Shown here: positions 12,101-27,599 of the stretch, in pieces
Layout: each line of letters begins with the position of its first letter
How positions within the stretch are numbered: the stretch's first letter is position 1
Assembly: GCA_964057225.1 (NCBI GenBank)
Contig: OZ059900.1
Location: 2,852,001-2,916,000 of the forward strand
Reading direction: 5' to 3'
Origin: Auanema rhodensis
Lineage: Eukaryota > Animalia > Nematoda
Length of the DNA stretch: 64,000 nucleotides
Position numbers and translations under genes: made by a program
The notes under the pieces: generated by a model
Database searches by the model: none
What the model was told of the DNA's origin: nothing
Seen by the model: the letters and a program-made list of their open reading frames with translations, nothing else

Positions 12101-15100
12101 TCAAAAAGGGTCGAAAATAGAAAGAATTTTTGAAATTTCCGAGTTTTGAGTCTAATTTGGCTAAATCGCTCATATATATGATCAAAAGCATAGTTTCACT
12201 GTCTATGATAACAAAAGTCTTCAAATATACACTAATAATGATTTAATCACTGAATTTCACTCAAATAGCATTACTACACTAAGTATGGTCGTTTTTATGC
12301 CTTTAACACCATATACTCACCGATTTTTGGTACAAAATCTGTAATACTCGTAAATTTTGATCATATTCGTTAAGATTTGAGAATCAAACATACAATACAC
12401 AAAATCAGTCTATTTTTATGAGCTTGCACTGATATATATTCATTTTGATCAAAAAGGGTCGAAAATAGAAAGAATTTTTGAAATTTCCGAGTTTTGAGTC
12501 TAATTTGGCTAAATCGCTCATATATATGATCAAAAGCATAGTTTCACTGTCTATGATAACAAAAGTCATTAATTAAACACTAATGATGTTTAAATCACTA
12601 AATTTCGCTCTAATAGCATTACTACACTAAGTATGGTCGTTTTTATGCCTTTAACACCATATACTCACCGATTTTTGGTACAAAATCTGTAATACTCGTA
12701 AATTTTGATCATATTCGTTAAGATTTGAGAATCAAACACACAATACACAAAATCAGTCTATTTTTATGAGCTTGCACTGATATATATTCATTTTGATCAA
12801 AAAAGGTCGAAAATAGAAAGAATTTTTGAAATTTCCGAGTTTTGAGTCTAATTTGGCTAAATCGCTCATATATATGATCAGAAGCATAGGTGTATTGTCT
12901 ATGACAACAAAAGTCATCAATTAAACGCTAGTGATGTTTAAATACTGAATTTCGCTCAAATAGCATTACTACACTAAGTATGGTCGTTTTTATGCCTTTA
13001 ACACCATATACTCACCGATTTTTGGTACAAAATCTGTAATACTTGTAAATTTTGATCATATTCGTTAAGATTCGAGAATCAAACACATAATACACGAAAT
13101 AAGTCTATTTTTATGAGTTTGCACTGATATTTATTCATTTTGATCAAAAAAGGTCGAAAATAGAAAGAATTTTTGAAATTTACGAGTTTTGAGTCTAATT
13201 TGGCTAAATCGCTCATATATATGATCAGAAGCATAGTTTTTTTGTCTATGACAACAAAAATCATTAGTTAAACACTAATGATGTTTAAATCACTAAATTT
13301 CGCTCAAATAGCATTACTACACTGAGTATGGTCGTTTTTATGCCTTTAACACCATATACTCACCGATTTTTGGTACAAAATCTGTAATACTTGTAAATTT
13401 TGATCATATCCGTTAAGATTTGAGAATCAAACACATAATACACGAAATAAGTCTATTTTTATGAGTTTGCACTGATATTTATTCATTTTGATCAAAAAAG
13501 GTCGAAAATAGAAAGAATTTTTGAATTTTCCGAGTTTTGAGTCCAATTGGGCTAAATCGCTCATATATATGATCAAAAGCATAGTTTTACTGTCTATGAT
13601 AACAAAAGTCTTCAAATATACACTAATAATGATTTAATCACTGAATTTCACTCAAATAGCATTACTACACTAAGTATGGTCGTTTTTATGCCTTTAACAC
13701 CATATACTCACCGATTTTTGGTACAAAATCTGTGATACTCGTAAATTTTGATCATATTCGGTGAGATTCGAGAATCAAACACACAATACACGAAATAAGT
13801 TTATTTTTACGAGTTTGCACTGATATTTATTCATTTTGATCAAAAAAGGTCGAAAATAGAAAGAATTTTTGAAATTTCCGAGTTTTGAGTCTAATTTGGC
13901 TAAATCGCTCATATATATGATCAAAAGCATAGTTTCACTGTCTATGATAACAAAAGTCTTCAAATATACACTAATAATGTGTAAATCACTGAATTTCACT
14001 CAAATAGCATTACTACACTAAGTATGGTCGTTTTTATGCCTTTAACACCATATACTCACCGATTTTTGGTACAAAATCTGTGATACTCGTAAATTTTGAT
14101 CATATTCGGTGAGATTCGAGAATCAAACACACAATACACGAAATAAGTTTATTTTTACGAGTTTGCACTGATATTTATTCATTTTGATCAAAAAAGGTCG
14201 AAAATAGAAAGAATTTTTGAAATTTCCGAGTTTTGAGTCTAATTTGGCTAAATCGCTCATATATATGATCAAAAGCATAGTTTTATTGTCTATGACAACA
14301 AAAGTCATCAATTAAACGCTAGTGATGTTTAAATACTGAATTTCGCTCAAATAGCATTACTACACTAAGTATGGTCGTTTTTATGCCTTTAACACCATAT
14401 ACTCACCGATTTTTGGTACAAAATCTGTAATACTCGTAAATTTTGATCATATTCGGTGAGATTCGAGAATCAAACACACAATACACAAAATAAGTTTATT
14501 TTGACGAGTTTGCACTGATATTTATTCATTTTGATCAAAAAAGGTCGAAAATAGAAAGAATTTTTGAATTTTCCGAGTTTTGAGTCCAATTGGGCTAAAT
14601 CGCTCATATATATGATCAAAAGCATAGTTTTACTGTCTATGATAACAAAAGTCTTCAAATATACACTAATGATGTGTAAATCACTGAATTTCACTCAAAT
14701 AGCTTTACTACACTAAGTATGGTCGTTTTTATGCCTTTAACACCATATACTCACCGATTTTTGGTACAAAATCTGTAATACTCGTAAATTTTGATCATAT
14801 TCGGTGAGATTCGAGAATCAAACACACAATACACAAAATAAGTTTATTTTGACGAGTTTGCACTGATATTTATTCATTTTGATCAAAAAAGGTCGAAAAT
14901 AGAAAGAATTTTTGAAATTTCCGAGTTTTGAGTCTAATTTGGCTAAATCGCTCATATATATGATCAAAAGCATAGTTTTATTGTCTATGACAACAAAAGT
15001 CATCAATTAAACGCTAGTGATGTTTAAATACTGAATTTCGCTCAAATAGCATTACTACACTAAGTATGGTCGTTTTTATGCCTTTAACACCATATACTCA

Positions 15101-16860
15101 CCGATTTTTGGTACAAAATCTGTAATACTTGTAAATTTTGATCATATTCGTTAAGATTCGAGAATCAAACACATAATACACGAAATAAGTCTATTTTTAT
15201 GAGTTTGCACTGATATTTATTCATTTTGATCAAAAAAGGTCGAAAATAGAAAGAATTTTTGAAATTTACGAGTTTTGAGTCTAATTTGGCTAAATCGCTC
15301 ATATATATGATCAGAAGCATAGTTTTTTTGTCTATGACAACAAAAATCATTAGTTAAACACTAATGATGTTTAAATCACTAAATTTCGCTCAAATAGCAT
15401 TACTACACTGAGTATGGTCGTTTTTATGCCTTTAACACCATATACTCACCGATTTTTGGTACAAAATCTGTAATACTTGTAAATTTTGATCATATCCGTT
15501 AAGATTTGAGAATCAAACACATAATACACGAAATAAGTCTATTTTTATGAGTTTGCACTGATATTTATTCATTTTGATCAAAAAAGGTCGAAAATAGAAA
15601 GAATTTTTGAATTTTCCGAGTTTTGAGTCCAATTGGGCTAAATCGCTCATATATATGATCAAAAGCATAGTTTTACTGTCTATGATAACAAAAGTCTTCA
15701 AATATACACTAATAATGATTTAATCACTGAATTTCACTCAAATAGCATTACTACACTAAGTATGGTCGTTTTTATGCCTTTAACACCATATACTCACCGA
15801 TTTTTGGTACAAAATCTGTGATACTCGTAAATTTTGATCATATTCGGTGAGATTCGAGAATCAAACACACAATACACGAAATAAGTTTATTTTTACGAGT
15901 TTGCACTGATATTTATTCATTTTGATCAAAAAAGGTCGAAAATAGAAAGAATTTTTGAAATTTCCGAGTTTTGAGTCTAATTTGGCTAAATCGCTCATAT
16001 ATATGATCAAAAGCATAGTTTCACTGTCTATGATAACAAAAGTCTTCAAATATACACTAATAATGTGTAAATCACTGAATTTCACTCAAATAGCATTACT
16101 ACACTAAGTATGGTCGTTTTTATGCCTTTAACACCATATACTCACCGATTTTTGGTACAAAATCTGTGATACTCGTAAATTTTGATCATATTCGGTGAGA
16201 TTCGAGAATCAAACACACAATACACGAAATAAGTTTATTTTTACGAGTTTGCACTGATATTTATTCATTTTGATCAAAAAAGGTCGAAAATAGAAAGAAT
16301 TTTTGAAATTTCCGAGTTTTGAGTCTAATTTGGCTAAATCGCTCATATATATGATCAAAAGCATAGTTTTATTGTCTATGACAACAAAAGTCATCAATTA
16401 AACGCTAGTGATGTTTAAATACTGAATTTCGCTCAAATAGCATTACTACACTAAGTATGGTCGTTTTTATGCCTTTAACACCATATACTCACCGATTTTT
16501 GGTACAAAATCTGTAATACTCGTAAATTTTGATCATATTCGGTGAGATTCGAGAATCAAACACACAATACACAAAATAAGTTTATTTTGACGAGTTTGCA
16601 CTGATATTTATTCATTTTGATCAAAAAAGGTCGAAAATAGAAAGAATTTTTGAATTTTCCGAGTTTTGAGTCCAATTGGGCTAAATCGCTCATATATATG
16701 ATCAAAAGCATAGTTTTACTGTCTATGATAACAAAAGTCTTCAAATATACACTAATGATGTGTAAATCACTGAATTTCACTCAAATAGCTTTACTACACT
16801 AAGTATGGTCGTTTTTATGCCTTTAACACCATATACTCACCGATTTTTGGTACAAAATCT
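6130..16860. repeat. Duplicated block at 5912-bp (17-monomer) offset, containing the 6-mer HOR
   Basis: ORF types at 7167-10644 repeat in the same order at 13079-16556 (offset 5912). The allele atatccgttaagatttgag is shared near 7493, 9580, 13405 and 15492. An internal 3-mer duplication (1044 bp) is marked by cttgtaaattctgatc near 10955 and 11999. Confidence 0.85.
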
Positions 16861-19800
16861 GTAATACTCGTAAATTTTGATCATATTCGTTAAGATTTGA
16901 GAATCAAACATACAATACACAAAATCAGTCTATTTTTATGAGCTTGCACTGATATATATTCATTTTGATCAAAAAAGGTCGAAAATAGAAAGAATTTTTG
17001 AAATTTCCGAGTTTTGAGTCTAATTTGGCTAAATCGCTCATATATATGATCAAAAGCATAGTTTTACTGTCTATGATAACAAAAGTCTTCAAATATACAC
17101 TAATAATGTGTAAATCACTGAATTTCACTCAAATAGCTTTACTACACTAAGTATGGTCGTTTTTATGCCTTTAACACCATATACTCAACGATTTTTGGTA
17201 CAAAATCTGTAATACTCGTAAATTTTGATCATATTCGTTAAGATTTGAGAATCAAACATACAATACACAAAATCAGTCTATTTTTATGAGCTTGCACTGA
17301 TATATATTCATTTTGATCAAAAAGGGTCGAAAATAGAAAGAATTTTTGAAATTTCCGAGTTTTGAGTCTAATTTGGCTAAATCGCTCATATATATGATCA
17401 AAAGCATAGTTTCACTGTCTATGATAACAAAAGTCTTCAAATATACACTAATAATGATTTAATCACTGAATTTCACTCAAATAGCATTACTACACTAAGT
17501 ATGGTCGTTTTTATGCCTTTAACACCATATACTCACCGATTTTTGGTACAAAATCTGTAATACTCGTAAATTTTGATCATATTCGTTAAGATTTGAGAAT
17601 CAAACATACAATACACAAAATCAGTCTATTTTTATGAGCTTGCACTGATATATATTCATTTTGATCAAAAAGGGTCGAAAATAGAAAGAATTTTTGAAAT
17701 TTCCGAGTTTTGAGTCTAATTTGGCTAAATCGCTCATATATATGATCAAAAGCATAGTTTCACTGTCTATGATAACAAAAGTCATTAATTAAACACTAAT
17801 GATGTTTAAATCACTAAATTTCGCTCTAATAGCATTACTACACTAAGTATGGTCGTTTTTATGCCTTTAACACCATATACTCACCGATTTTTGGTACAAA
17901 ATCTGTAATACTCGTAAATTTTGATCATATTCGTTAAGATTTGAGAATCAAACACACAATACACAAAATCAGTCTATTTTTATGAGCTTGCACTGATATA
18001 TATTCATTTTGATCAAAAAAGGTCGAAAATAGAAAGAATTTTTGAAATTTCCGAGTTTTGAGTCTAATTTGGCTAAATCGCTCATATATATGATCAGAAG
18101 CATAGGTGTATTGTCTATGACAACAAAAGTCATCAATTAAACGCTAGTGATGTTTAAATACTGAATTTCGCTCAAATAGCATTACTACACTAAGTATGGT
18201 CGTTTTTATGCCTTTAACACCATATACTCACCGATTTTTGGTACAAAATCTGTAATACTTGTAAATTTTGATCATATTCGTTAAGATTCGAGAATCAAAC
18301 ACATAATACACGAAATAAGTCTATTTTTATGAGTTTGCACTGATATTTATTCATTTTGATCAAAAAAGGTCGAAAATAGAAAGAATTTTTGAAATTTACG
18401 AGTTTTGAGTCTAATTTGGCTAAATCGCTCATATATATGATCAGAAGCATAGTTTTTTTGTCTATGACAACAAAAATCATTAGTTAAACACTAATGATGT
18501 TTAAATCACTAAATTTCGCTCAAATAGCATTACTACACTGAGTATGGTCGTTTTTATGCCTTTAACACCATATACTCACCGATTTTTGGTACAAAATCTG
18601 TAATACTTGTAAATTTTGATCATATCCGTTAAGATTCGAGAATCAAACACATAATACACGAAATAAGTCTATTTTTATGAGTTTGCACTGATATTTATTC
18701 ATTTTGATCAAAAAAGGTCGAAAATAGAAAGAATTTTTGAATTTTCCGAGTTTTGAGTCCAATTGGGCTAAATCGCTCATATATATGATCAAAAGCATAG
18801 TTTTACTGTCTATGATAACAAAAGTCTTCAAATATACACTAATAATGATTTAATCACTGAATTTCACTCAAATAGCATTACTACACTAAGTATGGTCGTT
18901 TTTATGCCTTTAACACCATATACTCACCGATTTTTGGTACAAAATCTGTGATACTCGTAAATTTTGATCATATTCGGTGAGATTCGAGAATCAAACACAC
19001 AATACACGAAATAAGTTTATTTTTACGAGTTTGCACTGATATTTATTCATTTTGATCAAAAAAGGTCGAAAATAGAAAGAATTTTTGAAATTTCCGAGTT
19101 TTGAGTCTAATTTGGCTAAATCGCTCATATATATGATCAAAAGCATAGTTTCACTGTCTATGATAACAAATGTCTTCAAATATACACTAATAATGTGTAA
19201 ATCACTGAATTTCACTCAAATAGCATTACTACACTAAGTATGGTCGTTTTTATGCCTTTAACACCATATACTCACCGATTTTTGGTACAAAATCTGTGAT
19301 ACTCGTAAATTTTGATCATATTCGGTGAGATTCGAGAATCAAACACACAATACACGAAATAAGTTTATTTTTACGAGTTTGCACTGATATTTATTCATTT
19401 TGATCAAAAAAGGTCGAAAATAGAAAGAATTTTTGAAATTTCCGAGTTTTGAGTCTAATTTGGCTAAATCGCTCATATATATGATCAAAAGCATAGTTTT
19501 ATTGTCTATGACAACAAAAGTCATCAATTAAACGCTAGTGATGTTTAAATACTGAATTTCGCTCAAATAGCATTACTACACTAAGTATGGTCGTTTTTAT
19601 GCCTTTAACACCATATACTCACCGATTTTTGGTACAAAATCTGTAATACTCGTAAATTTTGATCATATTCGGTGAGATTCGAGAATCAAACACACAATAC
19701 ACAAAATAAGTTTATTTTGACGAGTTTGCACTGATATTTATTCATTTTGATCAAAAAAGGTCGAAAATAGAAAGAATTTTTGAATTTTCCGAGTTTTGAG

Positions 19801-21424
19801 TCCAATTGGGCTAAATCGCTCATATATATGATCAAAAGCATAGTTTTACTGTCTATGATAACAAAAGTCTTCAAATATACACTAATGATGTGTAAATCAC
19901 TGAATTTCACTCAAATAGCTTTACTACACTAAGTATGGTCGTTTTTATGCCTTTAACACCATATACTCACCGATTTTTGGTACAAAATCTGTAATACTCG
20001 TAAATTTTGATCATATTCGTTAAGATTTGAGAATCAAACATACAATACACAAAATCAGTCTATTTTTATGAGCTTGCACTGATATATATTCATTTTGATC
20101 AAAAAAGGTCGAAAATAGAAAGAATTTTTGAAATTTCCGAGTTTTGAGTCTAATTTGGCTAAATCGCTCATATATATGATCAAAAGCATAGTTTTACTGT
20201 CTATGATAACAAAAGTCTTCAAATATACACTAATAATGTGTAAATCACTGAATTTCACTCAAATAGCTTTACTACACTAAGTATGGTCGTTTTTATGCCT
20301 TTAACACCATATACTCAACGATTTTTGGTACAAAATCTGTAATACTCGTAAATTTTGATCATATTCGTTAAGATTTGAGAATCAAACATACAATACACAA
20401 AATCAGTCTATTTTTATGAGCTTGCACTGATATATATTCATTTTGATCAAAAAGGGTCGAAAATAGAAAGAATTTTTGAAATTTCCGAGTTTTGAGTCTA
20501 ATTTGGCTAAATCGCTCATATATATGATCAAAAGCATAGTTTCACTGTCTATGATAACAAAAGTCTTCAAATATACACTAATAATGATTTAATCACTGAA
20601 TTTCACTCAAATAGCATTACTACACTAAGTATGGTCGTTTTTATGCCTTTAACACCATATACTCACCGATTTTTGGTACAAAATCTGTAATACTCGTAAA
20701 TTTTGATCATATTCGTTAAGATTTGAGAATCAAACATACAATACACAAAATCAGTCTATTTTTATGAGCTTGCACTGATATATATTCATTTTGATCAAAA
20801 AAGGTCGAAAATAGAAAGAATTTTTGAAATTTACGAGTTTTGAGTCTAATTTGGCTAAATCGCTCATATATATGATCAGAAGCATAGGTGTATTGTCTAT
20901 GACAACAAAAGTCATTAATTAAACACTAATGATGTTTAAATCACTAAATTTCGCTCTAATAGCATTACTACACTAAGTATGGTCGTTTTTATGCCTTTAA
21001 CACCATATACTCACCGATTTTTGGTACAAAATCTGTAATACTCGTAAATTTTGATCATATTCGTTAAGATTTGAGAATCAAACACACAATACACAAAATC
21101 AGTCTATTTTTATGAGCTTGCACTGATATATATTCATTTTGATCAAAAAAGGTCGAAAATAGAAAGAATTTTTGAAATTTCCGAGTTTTGAGTCTAATTT
21201 GGCTAAATCGCTCATATATATGATCAGAAGCATAGGTGTATTGTCTATGACAACAAAAGTCATCAATTAAACGCTAGTGATGTTTAAATACTGAATTTCG
21301 CTCAAATAGCATTACTACACTAAGTATGGTCGTTTTTATGCCTTTAACACCATATACTCACCGATTTTTGGTACAAAATCTGTAATACTTGTAAATTTTG
21401 ATCATATTCGTTAAGATTCGAGAA
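15165..21424. repeat. Two tandem copies of the 9-mer HOR (3130 bp)
   Basis: ORF pairs 15165/18295, 15513/18643, 15861/18991, 16209/19339, 16556/19686 and 16925/20055 are all offset by 3130; the pattern continues to 21425-22469. Confidence 0.92.
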
Positions 21425-24400
21425 TCAAACACATAATACACGAAATAAGTCTATTTTTATGAGTTTGCACTGATATTTATTCATTTTGATCAAAAAAGGT
21501 CGAAAATAGAAAGAATTTTTGAAATTTACGAGTTTTGAGTCTAATTTGGCTAAATCGCTCATATATATGATCAGAAGCATAGTTTTTTTGTCTATGACAA
21601 CAAAAATCATTAGTTAAACACTAATGATGTTTAAATCACTAAATTTCGCTCAAATAGCATTACTACACTGAGTATGGTCGTTTTTATGCCTTTAACACCA
21701 TATACTCACCGATTTTTGGTACAAAATCTGTAATACTTGTAAATTTTGATCATATTCGTTAAGATTCGAGAATCAAACACATAATACACGAAATAAGTCT
21801 ATTTTTATGAGTTTGCACTGATATTTATTCATTTTGATCAAAAAAGGTCGAAAATAGAAAGAATTTTTGAATTTTCCGAGTTTTGAGTCCAATTGGGCTA
21901 AATCGCTCATATATATGATCAAAAGCATAGTTTTACTGTCTATGATAACAAAAGTCTTCAAATATACACTAATAATGATTTAATCACTGAATTTCACTCA
22001 AATAGCATTACTACACTAAGTATGGTCGTTTTTATGCCTTTAACACCATATACTCACCGATTTTTGGTACAAAATCTGTGATACTCGTAAATTTTGATCA
22101 TATTCGGTGAGATTCGAGAATCAAACACACAATACACGAAATAAGTTTATTTTTACGAGTTTGCACTGATATTTATTCATTTTGATCAAAAAAGGTCGAA
22201 AATAGAAAGAATTTTTGAAATTTCCGAGTTTTGAGTCTAATTTGGCTAAATCGCTCATATATATGATCAAAAGCATAGTTTCACTGTCTATGATAACAAA
22301 AGTCTTCAAATATACACTAATAATGTGTAAATCACTGAATTTCACTCAAATAGCATTACTACACTAAGTATGGTCGTTTTTATGCCTTTAACACCATATA
22401 CTCACCGATTTTTGGTACAAAATCTGTGATACTCGTAAATTTTGATCATATTCGGTGAGATTCGAGAATCAAACACACAATACACGAAATAAGTTTATTT
22501 TTACGAGTTTGCACTGATATTTATTCATTTTGATCAAAAAAGGTCGAAAATAGAAAGAATTTTTGAAATTTCCGAGTTTTGAGTCTAATTTGGCTAAATC
22601 GCTCATATATATGATCAAAAGCATAGTTTTATTGTCTATGACAACAAAAGTCATCAATTAAACGCTAGTGATGTTTAAATACTGAATTTCGCTCAAATAG
22701 CATTACTACACTAAGTATGGTCGTTTTTATGCCTTTAACACCATATACTCACCGATTTTTGGTACAAAATCTGTAATACTCGTAAATTTTGATCATATTC
22801 GTTAAGATTTGAGAATCAAACATACAATACACAAAATCAGTCTATTTTTATGAGCTTGCACTGATATATATTCATTTTGATCAAAAAAGGTCGAAAATAG
22901 AAAGAATTTTTGAAATTTACGAGTTTTGAGTCTAATTTGGCTAAATCGCTCATATATATGATCAGAAGCATAGTTTTATTGTCTATGACAACGAAAGTCA
23001 TTAATTAAACACTAATGATGTTTAAATCACTAAATTTCGCTCAAATAGCATTACTACACTAAGTATGGTCGTTTTTATGCCTTTAACACCATATACTCAC
23101 CGATTTTTGGTACAAAATCTGTAATACTCGTAAATTTTGATCATATTCGGTGAGATTCGAGAATCAAACACACAATACACAAAATAAGTTTTTTTTGACG
23201 AGTTTGCACTGATATTTATTCATTTTGATCAAAAAAGGTCGAAAATAGAAAGAATTTTTGAATTTTCCGAGTTTTGAGTCCAATTGGGCTAAATCGCTCA
23301 TATATATGATCAAAAGCATAGTTTTACTGTCTATGATAACAAAAGTCTTCAAATATACACTAATGATGTGTAAATCACTGAATTTCACTCAAATAGCTTT
23401 ACTACACTAAGTATGGTCGTTTTTATGCCTTTAACACCATATACTCACCGATTTTTGGTACAAAATCTGTAATACTCGTAAATTTTGATCATATTCGTTA
23501 AGATTTGAGAATCAAACATACAATACACAAAATCAGTCTATTTTTATGAGCTTGCACTGATATATATTCATTTTGATCAAAAAAGGTCGAAAATAGAAAG
23601 AATTTTTGAAATTTCCGAGTTTTGAGTCTAATTTGGCTAAATCGCTCATATATATGATCAAAAGCATAGTTTTACTGTCTATGATAACAAAAGTCTTCAA
23701 ATATACACTAATAATGTGTAAATCACTGAATTTCACTCAAATAGCTTTACTACACTAAGTATGGTCGTTTTTATGCCTTTAACACCATATACTCAACGAT
23801 TTTTGGTACAAAATCTGTAATACTCGTAAATTTTGATCATATTCGTTAAGATTTGAGAATCAAACATACAATACACAAAATCAGTCTATTTTTATGAGCT
23901 TGCACTGATATATATTCATTTTGATCAAAAAAGGTCGAAAATAGAAAGAATTTTTGAAATTTCCGAGTTTTGAGTCTAATTTGGCTAAATCGCTCATATA
24001 CATGATCAGAAGCATAGTTTTATTGTCTATGACAACAAAAGTCATCAATTAAACACTAATGATGTTTAAATCACTAAATTTCGCTCAAATAGCATTACTA
24101 CACTAAGTATGGTCGTTTTTATGCCTTTAACACCATATACTCACCGATTTTTGGTACAAAATCTGTGATACTCGTAAATTTTGATCATATTCGTTAAGAT
24201 TTGAGAATCAAACATACAATACACAAAATCAGTCTATTTTTATGAGCTTGCACTGATATATATTCATTTTGATCAAAAAAGGTCGAAAATAGAAAGAATT
24301 TTTGAAATTTCCGAGTTTTGAGTCTAATTTGGCTAAATCGCTCATATACATGATCAGAAGCATAGTTTTATTGTCTATGACAACAAAAGTCATCAATTAA

Positions 24401-27400
24401 ACACTAATGATGTTTAAATCACTAAATTTCGCTCAAATAGCATTACTACACTAAGTATGGTCGTTTTTATGCCTTTAACACCATATACTCACCGATTTTT
24501 GGTACAAAATCTGTAATACTCGTAAATTTTGATCATATTCGTTAAGATTTGAGAATCAAACATACAATACACAAAATCAGTCTATTTTTATGAGCTTGCA
24601 CTGATATATATTCATTTTGATCAAAAAAGGTCGAAAATAGAAAGAATTTTTGAAATTTCCGAGTTTTGAGTCTAATTTGGCTAAATCGCTCATATACATG
24701 ATCAGAAGCATAGTTTTATTGTCTATGACAACAAAAGTCATCAATTAAACACTAATGATGTTTAAATCACTAAATTTCGCTCAAATAGCATTACTACACT
24801 AAGTATGGTCGTTTTTATGCCTTTAACACCATATACTCACCGATTTTTGGTACAAAATCTGTGATACTCGTAAATTTTGATCATATTCGGTGAGATTCGA
24901 GAATCAAACACACAATACACGAAATAAGTTTATTTTTACGAGTTTGCACTGATATTTATTCATTTTGATCAAAAAAGGTCGAAAATAGAAAGAATTTTTG
25001 AAATTTCCGAGTTTTGAGTCTAATTTGGCTAAATCGCTCATATATATGATCAAAAGCATAGTTTTACTGTCTATGATAACAAAAGTCTTCAAATATACAC
25101 TAATAATGTGTAAATCACTGAATTTCACTCAAATAGCTTTACTACACTAAGTATGGTCGTTTTTATGCCTTTAACACCATATACTCAACGATTTTTGGTA
25201 CAAAATCTGTAATACTCGTAAATTTTGATCATATTCGTTAAGATTCGAGAATCAAACATACAATACACAAAATCAGTCTATTTTTATGAGCTTGCACTGA
25301 TATATATTCATTTTGATCAAAAAAGGTCGAAAATAGAAAGAATTTTTGAAATTTCCGAGTTTTGAGTCTAATTTGGCTAAATCGCTCATATACATGATCA
25401 GAAGCATAGTTTTATTGTCTATGACAACAAAAGTCATCAATTAAACGCTAGTGATGTTTAAATACTGAATTTCGCTCAAATAGCATTACTACACTAAGTA
25501 TGGTCGTTTTTATGCCTTTAACACCATATACTCACCGATTTTTGGTACAAAATCTGTGATACTCGTAAATTTTGATCATATTCGGTGAGATTCGAGAATC
25601 AAACACACAATACACGAAATAAGTTTATTTTTACGAGTTTGCACTGATATTTATTCATTTTGATCAAAAAAGGTCGAAAATAGAAAGAATTTTTTAAATT
25701 TCCGAGTTTTGAGTCTAATTTGGCTAAATCGCTCATATATATGATCAAAAGCATAGTTTTATTGTCTATGACAACAAAAGTCATCAATTAAACGCTAGTG
25801 ATGTTTAAATACTGAATTTCGCTCAAATAGCATTACTACACTAAGTATGGTCGTTTTTATGCCTTTAACACCATATACTCACCGATTTTTGGTACAAAAT
25901 CTGTAATACTCGTAAATTTTGATCATATTCGTTAAGATTTGAGAATCAAACATACAATACACAAAATCAGTCTATTTTTATGAGCTTGCACTGATATATA
26001 TTCATTTTGATCAAAAAAGGTCGAAAATAGAAAGAATTTTTGAAATTTACGAGTTTTGAATCTAATTTGGCTAAATCGCTCATATATATGATCAAAAGCA
26101 TAGTTTCACTGTCTATGATAACAAAAGTCTTCAAATATACACTAATAATGATTTAATCACTGAATTTCACTCAAATAGCATTACTACACTAAGTATGGTC
26201 GTTTTTATGCCTTTAACACCATATACTCACCGATTTTTGGTACAAGATCTGTGATACTCGTAAATTTTGATCATATTCGGTGAGATTCGAGAATCAAACA
26301 CACAATACACGAAATAAGTTTATTTTTACGAGTTTGCACTGATATTTATTCATTTTGATCAAAAAAGGTCGAAAATAGAAAGAATTTTTGAAATTTCCGA
26401 GTTTTGAGTATAATTTGGCTAAATCGCTCATATATATGATCAAAAGCATAGTTTTACTGTCTATGATAACAAAAGTCTTCAAATATACACTAATAATGTG
26501 TAAATCACTGAATTTCACTCAAATAGCATTACTACACTAAGTATGGTCGTTTTTATGCCTTTAACACCATATACTCACCGATTTTTGGTACAAAATCTGT
26601 GATACTCGTAAATTTTGATCATATTCGGTGAGATTCCAGAATCAAACACACAATACACGAAATAAGTTTATTTTTACGAGTTTGCACTGATATTTATTCA
26701 TTTTGATCAAAAAAGGTCGAAAATAGAAAGAATTTTTGAAATTTACGAGTTTTGAGTCTAATTTGGCTAAATCGCTCATATATATGATCAGAAGCATAGT
26801 TTTATTGTCTATGACAACGAAAGTCATTAATTAAACACTAATGATGTTTAAATCACTAAATTTCGCTCAAATAGCATTACTACACTAAGTATGGTCGTTT
26901 TTATGCCTTTAACACCATATACTCACCGATTTTTGGTACAAAATCTGTAATACTCGTAAATTTTGATCATATTCGGTGAGATTCGAGAATCAAACACACA
27001 ATACACAAAATAAGTTTATTTTGACGAGTTTGCACTGATATTTATTCATTTTGATCAAAAAAGGTCGAAAATAGAAAGAATTTTTGAATTTTCCGAGTTT
27101 TGAGTCCAATTGGGCTAAATCGCTCATATATATGATCAAAAGCATAGTTTTACTGTCTATGATAACAAAAGTCTTCAAATATACACTAATGATGTGTAAA
27201 TCACTGAATTTCACTCAAATAGCTTTACTACACTAAGTATGGTCGTTTTTATGCCTTTAACACCATATACTCACCGATTTTTGGTACAAAATCTGTAATA
27301 CTCGTAAATTTTGATCATATTCGTTAAGATTTGAGAATCAAACATACAATACACAAAATCAGTCTATTTTTATGAGCTTGCACTGATATATATGTTCATT

Positions 27401-27599
27401 TTGATCAAAAAAGGTCGAAAATAGAAAGAATTTTTGAAATTTCCGAGTTTTGAGTCTAATTTGGCTAAATCGCTCATATATATGATCAAAAGCATAGTTT
27501 TACTGTCTATGATAACAAAAGTCTTCAAATATACACTAATAATGTGTAAATCACTGCATTTCACTCAAATAGCTTTACTACACTAAGTATGGTCGTTTT

